Origin: Bifidobacterium sp. | GTDB lineage: Bacteria; Actinomycetota; Actinomycetes; Actinomycetales; Bifidobacteriaceae | Length of the DNA stretch: 64,000 nt | Assembly (NCBI RefSeq): GCF_051876855.1 | Contig: NZ_JBJEIH010000024.1 | Location: 11,924-75,923, forward strand | Reading direction: 5' to 3' | Shown: one piece after another, positions 28,430-43,796 of the stretch | Numbering within the stretch: position 1 is the first letter of the stretch | Layout of the letters: each line of letters starts with the position of its first letter | Position numbers and translations under genes: made by a program | Notes under the pieces: generated by a model | Database searches by the model: none | What the model was told of the DNA's origin: nothing | Seen by the model: only the letters and a program-made list of their open reading frames with translations

Positions 28430-31400
28430 TTGGCTGCTGAACAAGCTACGACGAACACCACCAAAGTCATCGCACGTGCCGACGAGCATGACATCAAACT
28501 GCACAAGGCGTCGGATCGCGTGAATTTCGGCTCCATCCGTGAGCCCATCGATGTGCCCTACCTGCTGGGCGTGCAGACCGACAGCTTCGATTGGCTGATC
28601 GGCAACGAGCGCTGGAAGAAGCGCGTCGAGGAAGACGAAAAGAACGGCACCAACACCGTGCCGCACGTCTCCGGCCTTGACGAGGTCTTCCAGGAGATTT
28701 CTCCGATCGAGAACTTCACCCAGACCATGAGCCTGACCTTCTCCGACCCGTACTTCGAAGAGCCGCGTCACACGGTCCAGGAGTGCAAGGAGAAGGATTA
28801 CACCTATTCCGCGCCGCTGTATGTGAACGCTGAGTTCGAAAACGGCGACACCGGCGAGATCAAGAGCCAGACCGTCTTCATGGGCGATTTCCCGCTGCAG
28901 ACCCCGCACGGCACTTTCATTATCGGCGGTACCGAGCGTGTCATCGTTTCGCAGCTCGTGCGCTCCCCGGGCGTGTATTTCGACCGCCAGCAGGACCGCA
29001 CCTCCGACAAGGAGGTCTTCGGCGCGAAGATCATTCCGAGCCGCGGCGCATGGCTTGAATTCGAGATCGACAAGCGTGACGTCCTCGGCGTGCGCGTGGA
29101 CCGCAAGCGCAAGCAGTCCGCGATCGTGTTCCTCATGGCCATCGGCATGACCAAGCAGGAAATCGCCGAGTCCTTCAAGGATTACCCGCTCGTGCTTGAC
29201 GCGCTGGCGAAGGAAACCTCGATCAACACGCAGGACGAGGCCCTCATCGACCTGTACCGCAAGATTCGCCCGGCGGACACCCCGACCCCCGAGGCTGGCA
29301 AGAACCTGCTGGATTCCTTCTACTTCAACACCAAGCGCTACGATCTGGCACGCGTCGGCCGCTACAAGATCAACCGCAAGCTGGGCCTTGAGCGTGATTA
29401 CAACGATCGCAGCCTGAGCCGCGAGGACATCATCGCCACCATCAAGTACCTGGTGACTTTGCATGCCGGCGACAAGACCTTCCCGGGCATGCGTGACGGT
29501 GAGCCGGTCGATCTGCGTGTGGACGTCGACGATATCGATCACTTCGGCAACCGTCGTATCCGCCAGGTCGGCGAGCTGATCCAAAACCAGCTGCGCACTG
29601 GCCTGAGCCGTATGGAGCGTGTCGTGCGCGAACGCATGACCACCCAGGACGCCGAGGCCATCACCCCGCAGTCCCTGATCAACATTCGCCCGGTCAACGC
29701 GACCATCAAGGAGTTCTTCGGCACTTCCCAGCTGTCCCAGTTCATGGACCAGAACAACCCGCTGGCCGGCGTGACGAACAAGCGTCGTCTGTCCGCCCTC
29801 GGCCCCGGCGGCCTGTCCCGTGACCGCGCATCCATGGAAGTGCGAGACGTGCACCCGTCCCACTTCGGCCGTATGTGCCCGATCGAATCCCCTGAAGGCC
29901 CGAACATCGGCCTGATCGGCTCGCTGGCGACCTTCGGCCGCATCAACCCGTTCGGCTTCATCGAGACCCCGTACCGCAAGGTCGTCAATGGCCATGTGAC
30001 CGACGAGGTCGTCTACATGACAGCCGACCGCGAAGCCGAGCACGTCATCGCGCAGGCCAACCAGGAGCTTGACGAGAACGGCAACTTCGTCTCCAAGGAA
30101 GCCCTTGTGCGTGACGCCCAGGGCGAGGCGGAAGATGTCCCGGTCGAGATGGTCGACTACATGGATGTCTCCCCGCGTCAGATGGTGTCCGTAGGCGCCT
30201 CCCTGATTCCGTTCCTCGAGCACGATGAAGGCCACCGAGCGCTGATGGGTACCAACATGCAGCGTCAGGCCGTCCCGCTGGTCAAGTCCGAGCGCCCGCT
30301 CGTGGGCACCGGCTCCGAATGGCGTGCAGCCGTCGATTCCGGCGATGTGATCCTCGCCGAGAAGGACGGTGTGGTCACCTACGTGTCCGCCGACATCATC
30401 CGCACGATGAACGACGACGGCACGCAGTCCAGCTACAAGCTCGCCAAGTTCCAGCGTTCCAACCAGACCACCTGCTACAACCAGGTTCCGCTCGTCAAGC
30501 ACGGTGAGCGCGTGGAGAAGGGCACTGTTCTCGCGGATGGCCCGGCCACCGAGAAGGGCGATCTGGCACTGGGCAAGAACCTGCTCATCGCGTTCATGCC
30601 GTGGAACGGCTACAACTACGAGGACGCCGTGATCATCTCCCAGCGTCTGGTGCGCGACGACACCCTGTCCTCGATCCACATCGAGGAGTACGAGATCGAC
30701 GCCCGCGAAACCAAGCTCGGCGCTGAGGAAATCACCCGCGACCTGCCGAACGTCGGTGAGGACGCGGTCGCGAACCTCGACGAGCGCGGCATCATCCGCA
30801 TCGGTGCCGAGGTCGAGGCCGGCGATATCCTCGTTGGCAAGGTCACCCCGAAGGGCGAGACCGAGCTGACCCCGGAGGAGCGCCTGCTGCGCGCCATCTT
30901 CGGCGAGAAGAGCCGTGAAGTTCGTGATACCTCGCTGCGCGTGCCGCACGGCGAGACCGGTACTGTCATTGCGGTCAAGGAAATCACCCGTGAGGATGCC
31001 GAGGAGGATGGCGACGAGCTGCCCAACGGCGTCAACCAGATGATTCGCGTGTATATCGCCCAGCACCGCAAGATCACGCAGGGCGACAAGCTCTCCGGCC
31101 GCCACGGCAACAAGGGCGTCATCTCCCGGATCCTTCCGGAAGAGGATATGCCGTTCATGGCCGACGGCACCCCGATTGACATCATGCTCAACCCGCTGGG
31201 CGTGCCGAGCCGAATGAACTTGGGCCAGGTGCTCGAGCTTCACTTGGGCTGGATTGCACACGCCGGCTGGGATATCAGCATCGACCCGGATGTCGAGGCC
31301 GCTTGGAAGAAGTACGTGCCTCAGGGCGCCGAAAAGGGCGCGCCTGGCACCCCGGTCGCGACCCCGGTGTTCGACGGCGTCCGTCCGGACACCTTGAAGG

Positions 31401-31999
31401 GCCTGCTCAAGTGCACGCTGCCGGACAAGGACGGCAACAAGCTCGTGGGCGAGGACGGCAAGGCGCAACTGTTCGACGGCCGCACCGGCGAACCGTTCCC
31501 GAAGCCGATTTCCGTGGGCTACATGTACATGCTCAAGCTCCACCACCTCGTGGACGACAAGATCCACGCGCGTTCCACCGGCCCGTACTCGATGATCACC
31601 CAGCAGCCGCTCGGCGGCAAGGCCCAGTTCGGTGGCCAGCGCTTCGGCGAGATGGAGGTGTGGGCCCTCGAGGCTTACGGCGCCGCCTACACGCTGCACG
31701 AGATGATGACCACCAAGTCCGATGACGTCGACGGCCGCGTGCGCGCCTACGGAGCCATCGTGAAGGGCGAGAACCTGCCGCCGGCAGGCATCCCGGAGTC
31801 CTTCAAGGTGCTTCTGAAGGAAATGCAGTCGCTCGCCCTGAACGTCGAGGTGCTCAACGCCGACGGCCAGGCGATCGACATGCGCGAGGAAGACGACGAC
31901 CCGGCTTCCAACTCCAACGATCTCGGCTTCAACATCGGTGCCCGCCCGGACGCCTCCGCCAAGGAGGACCAGGCCGCGGAAGAGCCCGAATACAAGTGA
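28430..31999 (+). CDS. rpoB: RNA polymerase beta subunit
   Basis: [33 protein letters not shown]; TTG start after AAGGA. Confidence 0.99.
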   Translation: MAAEQATTNTTKVIARADEHDIKLHKASDRVNFGSIREPIDVPYLLGVQTDSFDWLIGNERWKKRVEEDEKNGTNTVPHVSGLDEVFQEISPIENFTQTMSLTFSDPYFEEPRHTVQECKEKDYTYSAPLYVNAEFENGDTGEIKSQTVFMGDFPLQTPHGTFIIGGTERVIVSQLVRSPGVYFDRQQDRTSDKEVFGAKIIPSRGAWLEFEIDKRDVLGVRVDRKRKQSAIVFLMAIGMTKQEIAESFKDYPLVLDALAKETSINTQDEALIDLYRKIRPADTPTPEAGKNLLDSFYFNTKRYDLARVGRYKINRKLGLERDYNDRSLSREDIIATIKYLVTLHAGDKTFPGMRDGEPVDLRVDVDDIDHFGNRRIRQVGELIQNQLRTGLSRMERVVRERMTTQDAEAITPQSLINIRPVNATIKEFFGTSQLSQFMDQNNPLAGVTNKRRLSALGPGGLSRDRASMEVRDVHPSHFGRMCPIESPEGPNIGLIGSLATFGRINPFGFIETPYRKVVNGHVTDEVVYMTADREAEHVIAQANQELDENGNFVSKEALVRDAQGEAEDVPVEMVDYMDVSPRQMVSVGASLIPFLEHDEGHRALMGTNMQRQAVPLVKSERPLVGTGSEWRAAVDSGDVILAEKDGVVTYVSADIIRTMNDDGTQSSYKLAKFQRSNQTTCYNQVPLVKHGERVEKGTVLADGPATEKGDLALGKNLLIAFMPWNGYNYEDAVIISQRLVRDDTLSSIHIEEYEIDARETKLGAEEITRDLPNVGEDAVANLDERGIIRIGAEVEAGDILVGKVTPKGETELTPEERLLRAIFGEKSREVRDTSLRVPHGETGTVIAVKEITREDAEEDGDELPNGVNQMIRVYIAQHRKITQGDKLSGRHGNKGVISRILPEEDMPFMADGTPIDIMLNPLGVPSRMNLGQVLELHLGWIAHAGWDISIDPDVEAAWKKYVPQGAEKGAPGTPVATPVFDGVRPDTLKGLLKCTLPDKDGNKLVGEDGKAQLFDGRTGEPFPKPISVGYMYMLKLHHLVDDKIHARSTGPYSMITQQPLGGKAQFGGQRFGEMEVWALEAYGAAYTLHEMMTTKSDDVDGRVRAYGAIVKGENLPPAGIPESFKVLLKEMQSLALNVEVLNADGQAIDMREEDDDPASNSNDLGFNIGARPDASAKEDQAAEEPEYK

Positions 32000-32005
32000 C
32001 GACAC

Positions 32006-32047
32006 AGCTGTCCGCGTCCCGCCTGAAGCGGGCCGGGCGCGGACAGC
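32006..32047 (+). other. GC-rich hairpin in the rpoB-rpoC spacer
   Basis: agctgtccgcg...cgcggacagct. Confidence 0.6.
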
Positions 32048-32091
32048 TCCCGCAAACGTGATGGAAACAATTTCAAAGACAGGAATCAAGA

Positions 32092-36237
<4,146 letters not shown>

Positions 36238-36283
36238 TAGACCTGTGATCCACTGGGCGCGCTGAGAGCGCTCAGTATATTCG

Positions 36284-36327
36284 AGTCGGGCCGGGTGACT
36301 GTGGAAACGCAGTCGCCCGGCCCGACT
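36284..36327 (+). terminator. Terminator hairpin after rpoC
   Basis: agtcgggccgggtgactg...cagtcgcccggcccgact. Confidence 0.75.
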
Positions 36328-36331
36328 TCGT

Positions 36332-37010
36332 GTATCTCGGGGATGTGCGACTGTGCGGTCGCATGGTGAGCGGGTTTTGTTTGGTTTCTGCCTTGGGGGT
36401 TGGAGTATCTCGCTGCTGTGCGGCTTACGCGTCGCATTACAGCTAGGTTCTGGCTGATTTCCACGGCTCTGGTGAGGTATCTGGCTGCTGTGTGGCTGGC
36501 GGGTTGCATGGCGGGTGAGTGTTGCCGGGTAGAGGGTTGATCTGTTGGCTATCTCGTCGCCGTGTGACTGTGCGGTCGCATTACAGCTAGGTTCTGGCTG
36601 ATTTCCGCGGTTCTGGTGAGGTATCTGGCTGCCGCGTGACTGGCGGGTTGCATGGCGGGGAGATGCTGGTCGGATTGTGTTTTTGGGGTGGGGGATATCT
36701 GTCCGCTGTGTGACTGGCGGGTTGCACAGCGGCTGGGTTTCCTCCGCGGGAGCTGGAGTATCTCGTTGCTGTGTGACTGACAGGTAGCATTACAGCTAGG
36801 TTCTGGCTGATTTCCACGGTTCTGACAAGGTATCTGGCTGCCGTGTGACTGGCGGGTTGCATGGCGGGTGAGTGTCGCCGGGGTTGGGGTTGATTGGTTG
36901 GTTATCTGGCTGCGGTGTGACTGGCAGGTCGCACGGCAGGGTGGTTTTGGTGGATTTCCGCCTTGGGAGCTGGGATATCTCGGTGCTGTGCGACTGACGT
37001 GTCGCACGGC
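36332..37010. repeat. Array C: 10 units of ~72 bp with TATCT-N8-GTGYGAC-N6-GTYGCAY core
   Basis: Unit starts 36332, 36405, 36477, 36549, 36621, 36695, 36758, 36830, 36902, 36975. Confidence 0.9.
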
Positions 37011-37556
37011 AGAGTTGTTCGCACTGGGACGGGCGGTATCATCGACGATTCTGGACAGTTGTGGCAATGATGGTACGCGGCAGTCGGCAATGTCCGCGAC
37101 ACCAGGCTTCTCATACCGCGTTCGCCGATAGCGAGCGAGACGACACGCCGAGAGCGCGGAAGATTAGGGGGTATCGGTGGAGGGGACAGACGGAACCACA
37201 GCTGCGCCGGAAGCTGCGGAACCCAATCGGCAGTAGGGAATACAGAGGAGTGCAAGGGAACGTTGAGGAATACTTGGGATTGCTCGGATAATGATTGAGC
37301 GCCCGATGTATGTCACCATGATGTAACTTTCGCCACACAACAGACGAAAATGTCGTTAAACGTTTGACGTGGTCGCAAGTGTGTTCTATAAATAGGGGGT
37401 GGTCAATGGGGAAATAGAAATAGAAATGCATTGAAGCTGTACCGGCTTGAAGAAGTTGGCGCGTTGCTGAAATGAATCCCTTGGCCCATCGGAATGTTTG
37501 CGTAACCATTCGCATCGCGATCAATCGATTGCCGGACAATTCCAGGGGGTGAGAGC

Positions 37557-40500
37557 ATGGAGAACGCACGTCATACCGCATGCGGTGAATCGTCCGCAAG
37601 TCGCAGACCGGCAATAAGCCGACGGCACGTTGGACGGTTGCCGTTTGCCGGCATTTCGTCCAACAAGGGGGTGATTCGCCGCGCCCATGCCCGTCATCGC
37701 GGAATAACTTCCATCCGCGCCCGTCATGCAGGTGGCACGGTCATCCGCGCCCGTCATGCCGCCACCCTTCGCTTCGGTGTGCAGCGGCTGTGGGCATGTG
37801 TTGTGGTCATCGCGCTGCTGGCGACCGGCGCTGTGTTCGCTATGGGATGGAAGCCTGCGTCGGCGTTCGCCAACGACTCCACCGGCACATCCGCGTCAGC
37901 GCCAACGTCATCGTCATCAGACGGTTTGGGCAACTCAACCGGATCAGCAGACGCGACCCCCGGCACCTGCACCGAACAAACCGTCGCACTGGGCGGCGGC
38001 AGCACCTCACTCGCCCAAGCCGACACCGGCGTGGCGACGTACGTCGGCAAGGACATGTACATCGGCGGCAAGCCCTCGAACTTGAGCTCGCTTGAAAACG
38101 CCACCGGTCCGAACGGCACCTATGCGGCGGAAGCGGAGGGACTGACCGTCGTCAACGGCAAACTCGCCATGAAGCAGATCAAGAACAGCTGGGGCGGCAT
38201 GGGCTTCCGTTTCGGCAACACGGGGTACGGCACGCAATATCGTCCTGCCGCGAACAATACCGTTCTTGCGGTCGGTCGGCGTAACGGCAAGAGCGTGACT
38301 CTCGGCTCTGGCGCAAATGCAGGTGAGATTGCGGTACTGTCGTGGAACGCCCCCGACAACACTTTCAAGACCGACACCAACCGCGGCAGCCATATGAATC
38401 TGGGTGGCGGCTGGGCGGGATTCCCCTCGGGCGGCGAAACCGAGAATATGAACTACAACATCCGCATCGCCGGCCCCGAGACCTACGCGTGGGGCTACCC
38501 GTTTGCACCATCGCTGTACCAGTACAACAAGGACACGCTCAACTCGAACGGCGTAGGAACTATTCAGCCATTGCCGGCAAGCCAGACCAACCAGTTTGCG
38601 CAGGATTTCACGGTGAACGGCACCGATTACAGCACCTTCGGCTCGCAAATAAGGCAGGATTCGACCGATCTTTCCAGTTTGACGCCCACGGGTGACGTGT
38701 CGTATGATATCGCGCCGCGTCCGAACGAGGACTACAAGAGTTCGAAGAGCAACTACAAGATTGATTATGTCAACTACAAATACGATTGGTTCGCAAGTGA
38801 AGTTTGGAATGCCAATCCGGTAGAGACATATGAATATATTTTCAAAGATTCTTCGCTTGAGAATGAGAAACTCATCACCTTCACCGGTGACGGCCACTCT
38901 TCACTACAGGTGTTCGACTTGCCTGCCAGTGAGCTGAACGCGTCAACATACACTGGCATCGACTTCTGGTTCCGCGGGATTCCCGAATACGCTTCGGTCG
39001 TCGTGAATGTGACCGGCGGCCAAGCCATCGATTTCCATAACGGATGGCGTTTCTGGTGGGGTGGGGACGCGAGTACATCCGATGACACCTTCATCACCCA
39101 GGCGGATAGTAGCGTCTACAATCCAGACAGTAAAACGAACGGTGTCCGCGATATTTCAAATGATTATGCGCGACAGAGCAATTCCGACGCCGATCGCGTG
39201 GCCGAATATTCAAAGCGTGCGCAGCAGGTGCTCTGGAACTTCACAGATACCCCTTCGTTGACGATTCGCGGTGGCCAGGCGACAGGAACACAGTATTCGA
39301 AGGCGTCCTCAGAGGCCTATATTCCGAAGAAGAGCGGCGCGATGACAGTGTATGACGATCCCAGCGCCACTTGGATGGGGTCTGTCCTGCTGCCAAACGG
39401 CGATTTCGAATCTCATGTCTCCACCGCAGGGCGTGTCTATGTCGGCGGCGATTTCCAGATGTACAATCCAACGCCGGTGTCCTTCAATAACAAGAAATTC
39501 GTCAACTGGGAGGGCGGCAATTCCGCCTCCGCAATCGACATGGACCAGGTGCGTTACAACCTCCCGTGGAGCGGCCAAATAACCACGCAATGCTCGATGC
39601 TGCAATGGCAGGTGGCCAGCGACAAATCCGGCAGCCCGTTGTTAGGCGGTTCGTCGTGGGGTGTGTACGCATCTCCCGATGACGCGCGCGACGGCAAGAA
39701 TCCGATTACCACCGTCACTGACGATGGCAGCAACGATTGGGATTCGACGCCGGGGGTGATCACACTGAAAGGCGTTACGCCCCGAGCTGTGTATTATCTG
39801 CGCCAGCTCGGGGCGGAAGGCGCCTATGACGTCAGCCCGTATATTTACGGTGTCACTGCCGCCTACACTGCCGACACGCCGAACTGGGTCGGCTATTCGC
39901 TTGACGCGAACAACTCGTGGAGCAGCACGCAGGGACTCGTTGAGATTGGCGGCAATCCGGCAATCGTCAACCATTACGACCCGACCATCAGCTGGAAGGC
40001 CATCGACGATTCTGACCCATCCCATACCGGTGTGGCTGGCGCGACATGGAAAGTGGAACGGCTTGACTCCACCGGAAAGGTCGTCGAACACTGGACAGTC
40101 GCTGACAACACGCGCGGATCCGTTATCTGCAATGCCTCCACCGCCTCGTGTGACGCCGACCCGTCCCGTGGTATCGTCACCCTGCACACTGGCGCAAGCG
40201 GCTCCGCATTGGCGGACGGAACCTACCGGATCACGCAACTGACCGCGGGTAAAGGCTTTGTCGCAGATGGCACACAGTACATATGCACGCTGTCGAACGG
40301 CATCGCCACATGGAGCGGACACAACGCAGGCGAAGCGTTGACGGTCGGCAATTCGCGTGTCGGCGGCACGATGTCTTGGAAGGTGACGAACACCAGTAAT
40401 GACGCGCTCGGCGATTCGCAGTGGACCATCACCCAGACCAGCGCGGTCCGCTACGATGCCAACACCGGAACATACGCCTACCAGCCAATTGATGCAGATG

Positions 40501-40940
40501 CCCGCCATGCCGTCGCCGTCGTTGATTGTGCTGATGGGCAGGGCGGGAACGCCGGGTCGTCCGAGGGGTGCACGGCAACGGGAACCGGGACGCTCGCCGA
40601 TGCCGACCATACGCGCGGCAGTCTTACGGTGGATTCGCTTGACTGGGGAACCTACGAAATCCGGCAGACCGCCGCTGCGAAAGGGTACCACACCGACACG
40701 CGGGTGGCCACGATTACGGTCGGCCCGTCGGGAACCGATGCCATCAACGCCGACAGCGGATTTTCGGGGCTGACCACCAAGGCGGACGCCGGAACATGGG
40801 TCAACACTTCCGACGTGCTGCTGCCTTCGGCAGGTGGCCACGGCGGACATTGGCCGGTCGCGCTGATTGCGCTGGTCGCCGGTATCGCGGCGATGCTGCT
40901 TGCCGTGACCATTCGGCTCAGGGGCAGGAGACACGCATGA
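37557..40940 (+). CDS. Ancillary/tip pilin adhesin (choice-of-anchor A-like and SpaA-like domains)
   Basis: Signal peptide ending ASAFA; AAEAEGLTVVNG; E-box-like YEIRQTAAAKGY; LPSAG + TM + basic tail; upstream of major pilin and sortase; start uncertain. Confidence 0.82.
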   Translation: MENARHTACGESSASRRPAISRRHVGRLPFAGISSNKGVIRRAHARHRGITSIRARHAGGTVIRARHAATLRFGVQRLWACVVVIALLATGAVFAMGWKPASAFANDSTGTSASAPTSSSSDGLGNSTGSADATPGTCTEQTVALGGGSTSLAQADTGVATYVGKDMYIGGKPSNLSSLENATGPNGTYAAEAEGLTVVNGKLAMKQIKNSWGGMGFRFGNTGYGTQYRPAANNTVLAVGRRNGKSVTLGSGANAGEIAVLSWNAPDNTFKTDTNRGSHMNLGGGWAGFPSGGETENMNYNIRIAGPETYAWGYPFAPSLYQYNKDTLNSNGVGTIQPLPASQTNQFAQDFTVNGTDYSTFGSQIRQDSTDLSSLTPTGDVSYDIAPRPNEDYKSSKSNYKIDYVNYKYDWFASEVWNANPVETYEYIFKDSSLENEKLITFTGDGHSSLQVFDLPASELNASTYTGIDFWFRGIPEYASVVVNVTGGQAIDFHNGWRFWWGGDASTSDDTFITQADSSVYNPDSKTNGVRDISNDYARQSNSDADRVAEYSKRAQQVLWNFTDTPSLTIRGGQATGTQYSKASSEAYIPKKSGAMTVYDDPSATWMGSVLLPNGDFESHVSTAGRVYVGGDFQMYNPTPVSFNNKKFVNWEGGNSASAIDMDQVRYNLPWSGQITTQCSMLQWQVASDKSGSPLLGGSSWGVYASPDDARDGKNPITTVTDDGSNDWDSTPGVITLKGVTPRAVYYLRQLGAEGAYDVSPYIYGVTAAYTADTPNWVGYSLDANNSWSSTQGLVEIGGNPAIVNHYDPTISWKAIDDSDPSHTGVAGATWKVERLDSTGKVVEHWTVADNTRGSVICNASTASCDADPSRGIVTLHTGASGSALADGTYRITQLTAGKGFVADGTQYICTLSNGIATWSGHNAGEALTVGNSRVGGTMSWKVTNTSNDALGDSQWTITQTSAVRYDANTGTYAYQPIDADARHAVAVVDCADGQGGNAGSSEGCTATGTGTLADADHTRGSLTVDSLDWGTYEIRQTAAAKGYHTDTRVATITVGPSGTDAINADSGFSGLTTKADAGTWVNTSDVLLPSAGGHGGHWPVALIALVAGIAAMLLAVTIRLRGRRHA

Positions 40941-41047
40941 CGGAGATGATTCGATTGCGGGCACCTTTCCATGCACCTGGGTAAGACGCAGCGCCAGTAA
41001 GGCGTTGCGAAAACACAAGACCATCACAAAGTAGAGAAAGGAAAATT

Positions 41048-42676
41048 ATGAGAAAGATAACCAGTCGATTTGCAGCGGCCATGTTGGCCGTCGCCACGCT
41101 CGCCGCATCCGCGGTTATGGCGACGGCACCCGCACGTAAGGCACAAGCTGTGACGAACGCTTGGCCTACTTCGGAGATCGTTGTTCACGGCGCCATGCAG
41201 GGCGCGACTTTTACTGCTTACCGCCTACTCAATTCCACGGATGACGGTACGAATTACTCATACACGCTACGTAACGTCCGCGATACCAGCACCAGCGATA
41301 TCCAGGTGAGTGACAACGATACGAATATTACCAATGTGCTGACGACGGTAACCGGAAAGACGAGTGCGAGCGAAATCTACGATTTGCTGAGAAGCAAGGC
41401 TTCAAGCCAACAAGGTCTCAACCAGCAGATGAAGACCATCTACAAGGCAATCAAGGCGAACTCCGCGATCACTCCAGATGCTAACGCGTCCGCCGATACT
41501 ACCGACGCGCAGAAGCCCGGTGCCTACCAAGCGACGTTCAGCAATATGCCACAAGGCTACTATCTGATTGCACAAACCGACGACAGCAGCGCAGCAGGAT
41601 CGACCGTCTCCTTGCTGATTGCCAATACTGCGAACAGTACGAATGATAATGCCGGAAACCCCGGTGTCGATGTGGAAGTGAAAACCGATACCATCCAGCT
41701 TCTTTCTGCTACCGACAACGGCAATCCAGCCGCGCAATATCATGACGATTTTGCAATCGGTAAGAACTTCACATGGAGTGCCACCGGCACGTTGCCGGCC
41801 AACTATTCGCTTTATGATGCCTATAAGTACGCGTTTACTGTGAAGCTTCCTGCTGGTGTCGCCGCTGTTTCAGCTGATAACAATGGCTGCCCTGTGGTCA
41901 CCGCTTCGGCGGTCAACGACGATAACGAGACGCCGATTGCTTCCGGTGCTTTCACCGTCCAGAAGCTTGCGGACGGAACCGGTTGCACCTATAGTTTCGG
42001 CGACCTGAAGACCGCTACAGCTTCAGATACCACAGCCCCGCTCACCATCGCCGCAGGCACCAGCATCCGCCTGAGTATGAAAGCGCACCTCACATCTGGT
42101 GCGACTCTCGGCAACAAAGGCAACATCATCAGCTCAAGCGTGAGCTATTCCAGCAATCCACTCGATTCAACCATGACCGGTACTACCGCCCCGAGCACCG
42201 CGACGTTGTACACCTACAAGCTGACGATCAACAACATAAACAACGATAACAAAGCGTTGTCAAATGGCGCGAAATATTCGCTCTACAGCTGCGATGACAA
42301 GGGCTGCAACACCCAGATCGGCACTGAGACCGAAGTCTCTGGCACCGATGCGTCAGCTGTGTTCAGCGGATTGGACTCCGGCACCTATGAAGTGCGAGAA
42401 ACCACTGTGCCTGCGGGCTATTCTGCCGCCAGCCCGGTGCACTTTACAGTGACCCCGAACTTCCAGGATGGTACCGTCACCTTGACGAGCGATAACCCTG
42501 CAGTCACCACTACGGACGCATCGATGGTCATCCAAATGAAGAACACGTCGAGCGGCGGCCTGCTGCCGTCCACCGGCGGTATCGGCGTGGTCATCATGTA
42601 TGTGTGCGGAGCGCTGCTGGTCGGTGTTTCGCTTGCTGGCATCATCGTAGCCGCACGTCGTCGTGATCGCGATTAA
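41048..42676 (+). CDS. Major (backbone) pilin, FimA-like
   Basis: Signal peptide ending KAQA; E-box YEVRETTVPAGY; LPSTGG + TM + RRRDRD; GAAAGGA RBS. Confidence 0.88.
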   Translation: MRKITSRFAAAMLAVATLAASAVMATAPARKAQAVTNAWPTSEIVVHGAMQGATFTAYRLLNSTDDGTNYSYTLRNVRDTSTSDIQVSDNDTNITNVLTTVTGKTSASEIYDLLRSKASSQQGLNQQMKTIYKAIKANSAITPDANASADTTDAQKPGAYQATFSNMPQGYYLIAQTDDSSAAGSTVSLLIANTANSTNDNAGNPGVDVEVKTDTIQLLSATDNGNPAAQYHDDFAIGKNFTWSATGTLPANYSLYDAYKYAFTVKLPAGVAAVSADNNGCPVVTASAVNDDNETPIASGAFTVQKLADGTGCTYSFGDLKTATASDTTAPLTIAAGTSIRLSMKAHLTSGATLGNKGNIISSSVSYSSNPLDSTMTGTTAPSTATLYTYKLTINNINNDNKALSNGAKYSLYSCDDKGCNTQIGTETEVSGTDASAVFSGLDSGTYEVRETTVPAGYSAASPVHFTVTPNFQDGTVTLTSDNPAVTTTDASMVIQMKNTSSGGLLPSTGGIGVVIMYVCGALLVGVSLAGIIVAARRRDRD

Positions 42677-42685
42677 TCTGCTGGT

Positions 42686-43621
42686 ATGACCGATTACGTG
42701 ACAGAGCCGAACGGCGTTGGAACCGTCTTGTCTGATGAGGACAAGACGGCCCGGCGCCGTTTCGGCATCTATGACGCTGTGATTGCGGCGTTCCTTGTCG
42801 TCCTGATTGTGGGATTGGGACTTCTGGCGTACCCGACGGTCAGCGACTGGTGGAACCGTTGGCATCAATCCGCGGCGGTCGCGGGTTACGTGAGCCGCTC
42901 CGACCGCCTTTCCACCACGCAACGCAAGCAGGCCATCGATCAGGCGAGAGCCTACAATGCGTGGCTTGCAACGGTGCCCGACCGGTGGCATCCGAGCAGC
43001 GAAGACACCCAACGCTACGACAACACGCTGAACGTGACCGGGGATGGGGTGATGGCCTACCTGAGCATTCCGAAAATCCATGTGCAGCTGCCGATTTACC
43101 ACGGTACGGACCCATCGGTGTTGCAAGTTGGCATCGGGCATCTGCAAAGCTCGTCGCTTCCGGTGGGCGGAGTCTCAACACATGCTGCCATGTCCGGGCA
43201 TACGGGGTTGCCGTCGGCGACTCTGCTGAGCAATCTTGACAGGCTCAGGAAAGGCGATACTTTCGCCTTCCACGTGCTGGGGGAGACCTACACCTATCAG
43301 GTTGACCGCATCGACGTGGTTCTGCCGAGCGATTTGAGCAAACTCACGCTTGACTATGGCAAAGACGAGGCGACACTCATCACGTGCACGCCCTACGGAG
43401 TCAACACGCATCGCCTGCTGGTGCGCGGACACCGGATTGCCAACCGTCCCGACCACACGGCGTACGACACGCCGAATACCATGCTTGCGAGGTTGTGCGG
43501 CCTTGGAGCAGGGGTCGGCACGCTCGCCGCGGGCTGGTTGGCGCTGCTGATTGCCGGTTGGCGGCGGCGTGGTAAGGAGGGGCCGATTCCGGTGCGGCAT
43601 AGGGGCACGACGGGACGCTGA
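42686..43621 (+). CDS. srtC: Class C (pilus) sortase
   Basis: LPIYHGT, HAAMSGHTG, TLITCTPYGVNTHRLLVRG; N- and C-terminal TM helices. Confidence 0.95.
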   Translation: MTDYVTEPNGVGTVLSDEDKTARRRFGIYDAVIAAFLVVLIVGLGLLAYPTVSDWWNRWHQSAAVAGYVSRSDRLSTTQRKQAIDQARAYNAWLATVPDRWHPSSEDTQRYDNTLNVTGDGVMAYLSIPKIHVQLPIYHGTDPSVLQVGIGHLQSSSLPVGGVSTHAAMSGHTGLPSATLLSNLDRLRKGDTFAFHVLGETYTYQVDRIDVVLPSDLSKLTLDYGKDEATLITCTPYGVNTHRLLVRGHRIANRPDHTAYDTPNTMLARLCGLGAGVGTLAAGWLALLIAGWRRRGKEGPIPVRHRGTTGR

Positions 43622-43796
43622 GGCGTTGCGCTGGGTTGGTGTTATGCCGGGTCTGGTGCCGCGCTCGGTTTGGTGCCCCACCGGACGTCGGTTGTGCCGG
43701 GTTTGACGTCATGCCGGACGTCGGTTGCGGTAGATGTTCCGCTTCGAATCATCGGCGTGTCGCGCACATATGATGGATTTCATAGGAGGTACATCT

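Noticed and set aside
37391-37411. Poly-G phase-variation tract upstream of the pilus
   Set aside because: Runs are only 4-5 G, too short to support slippage
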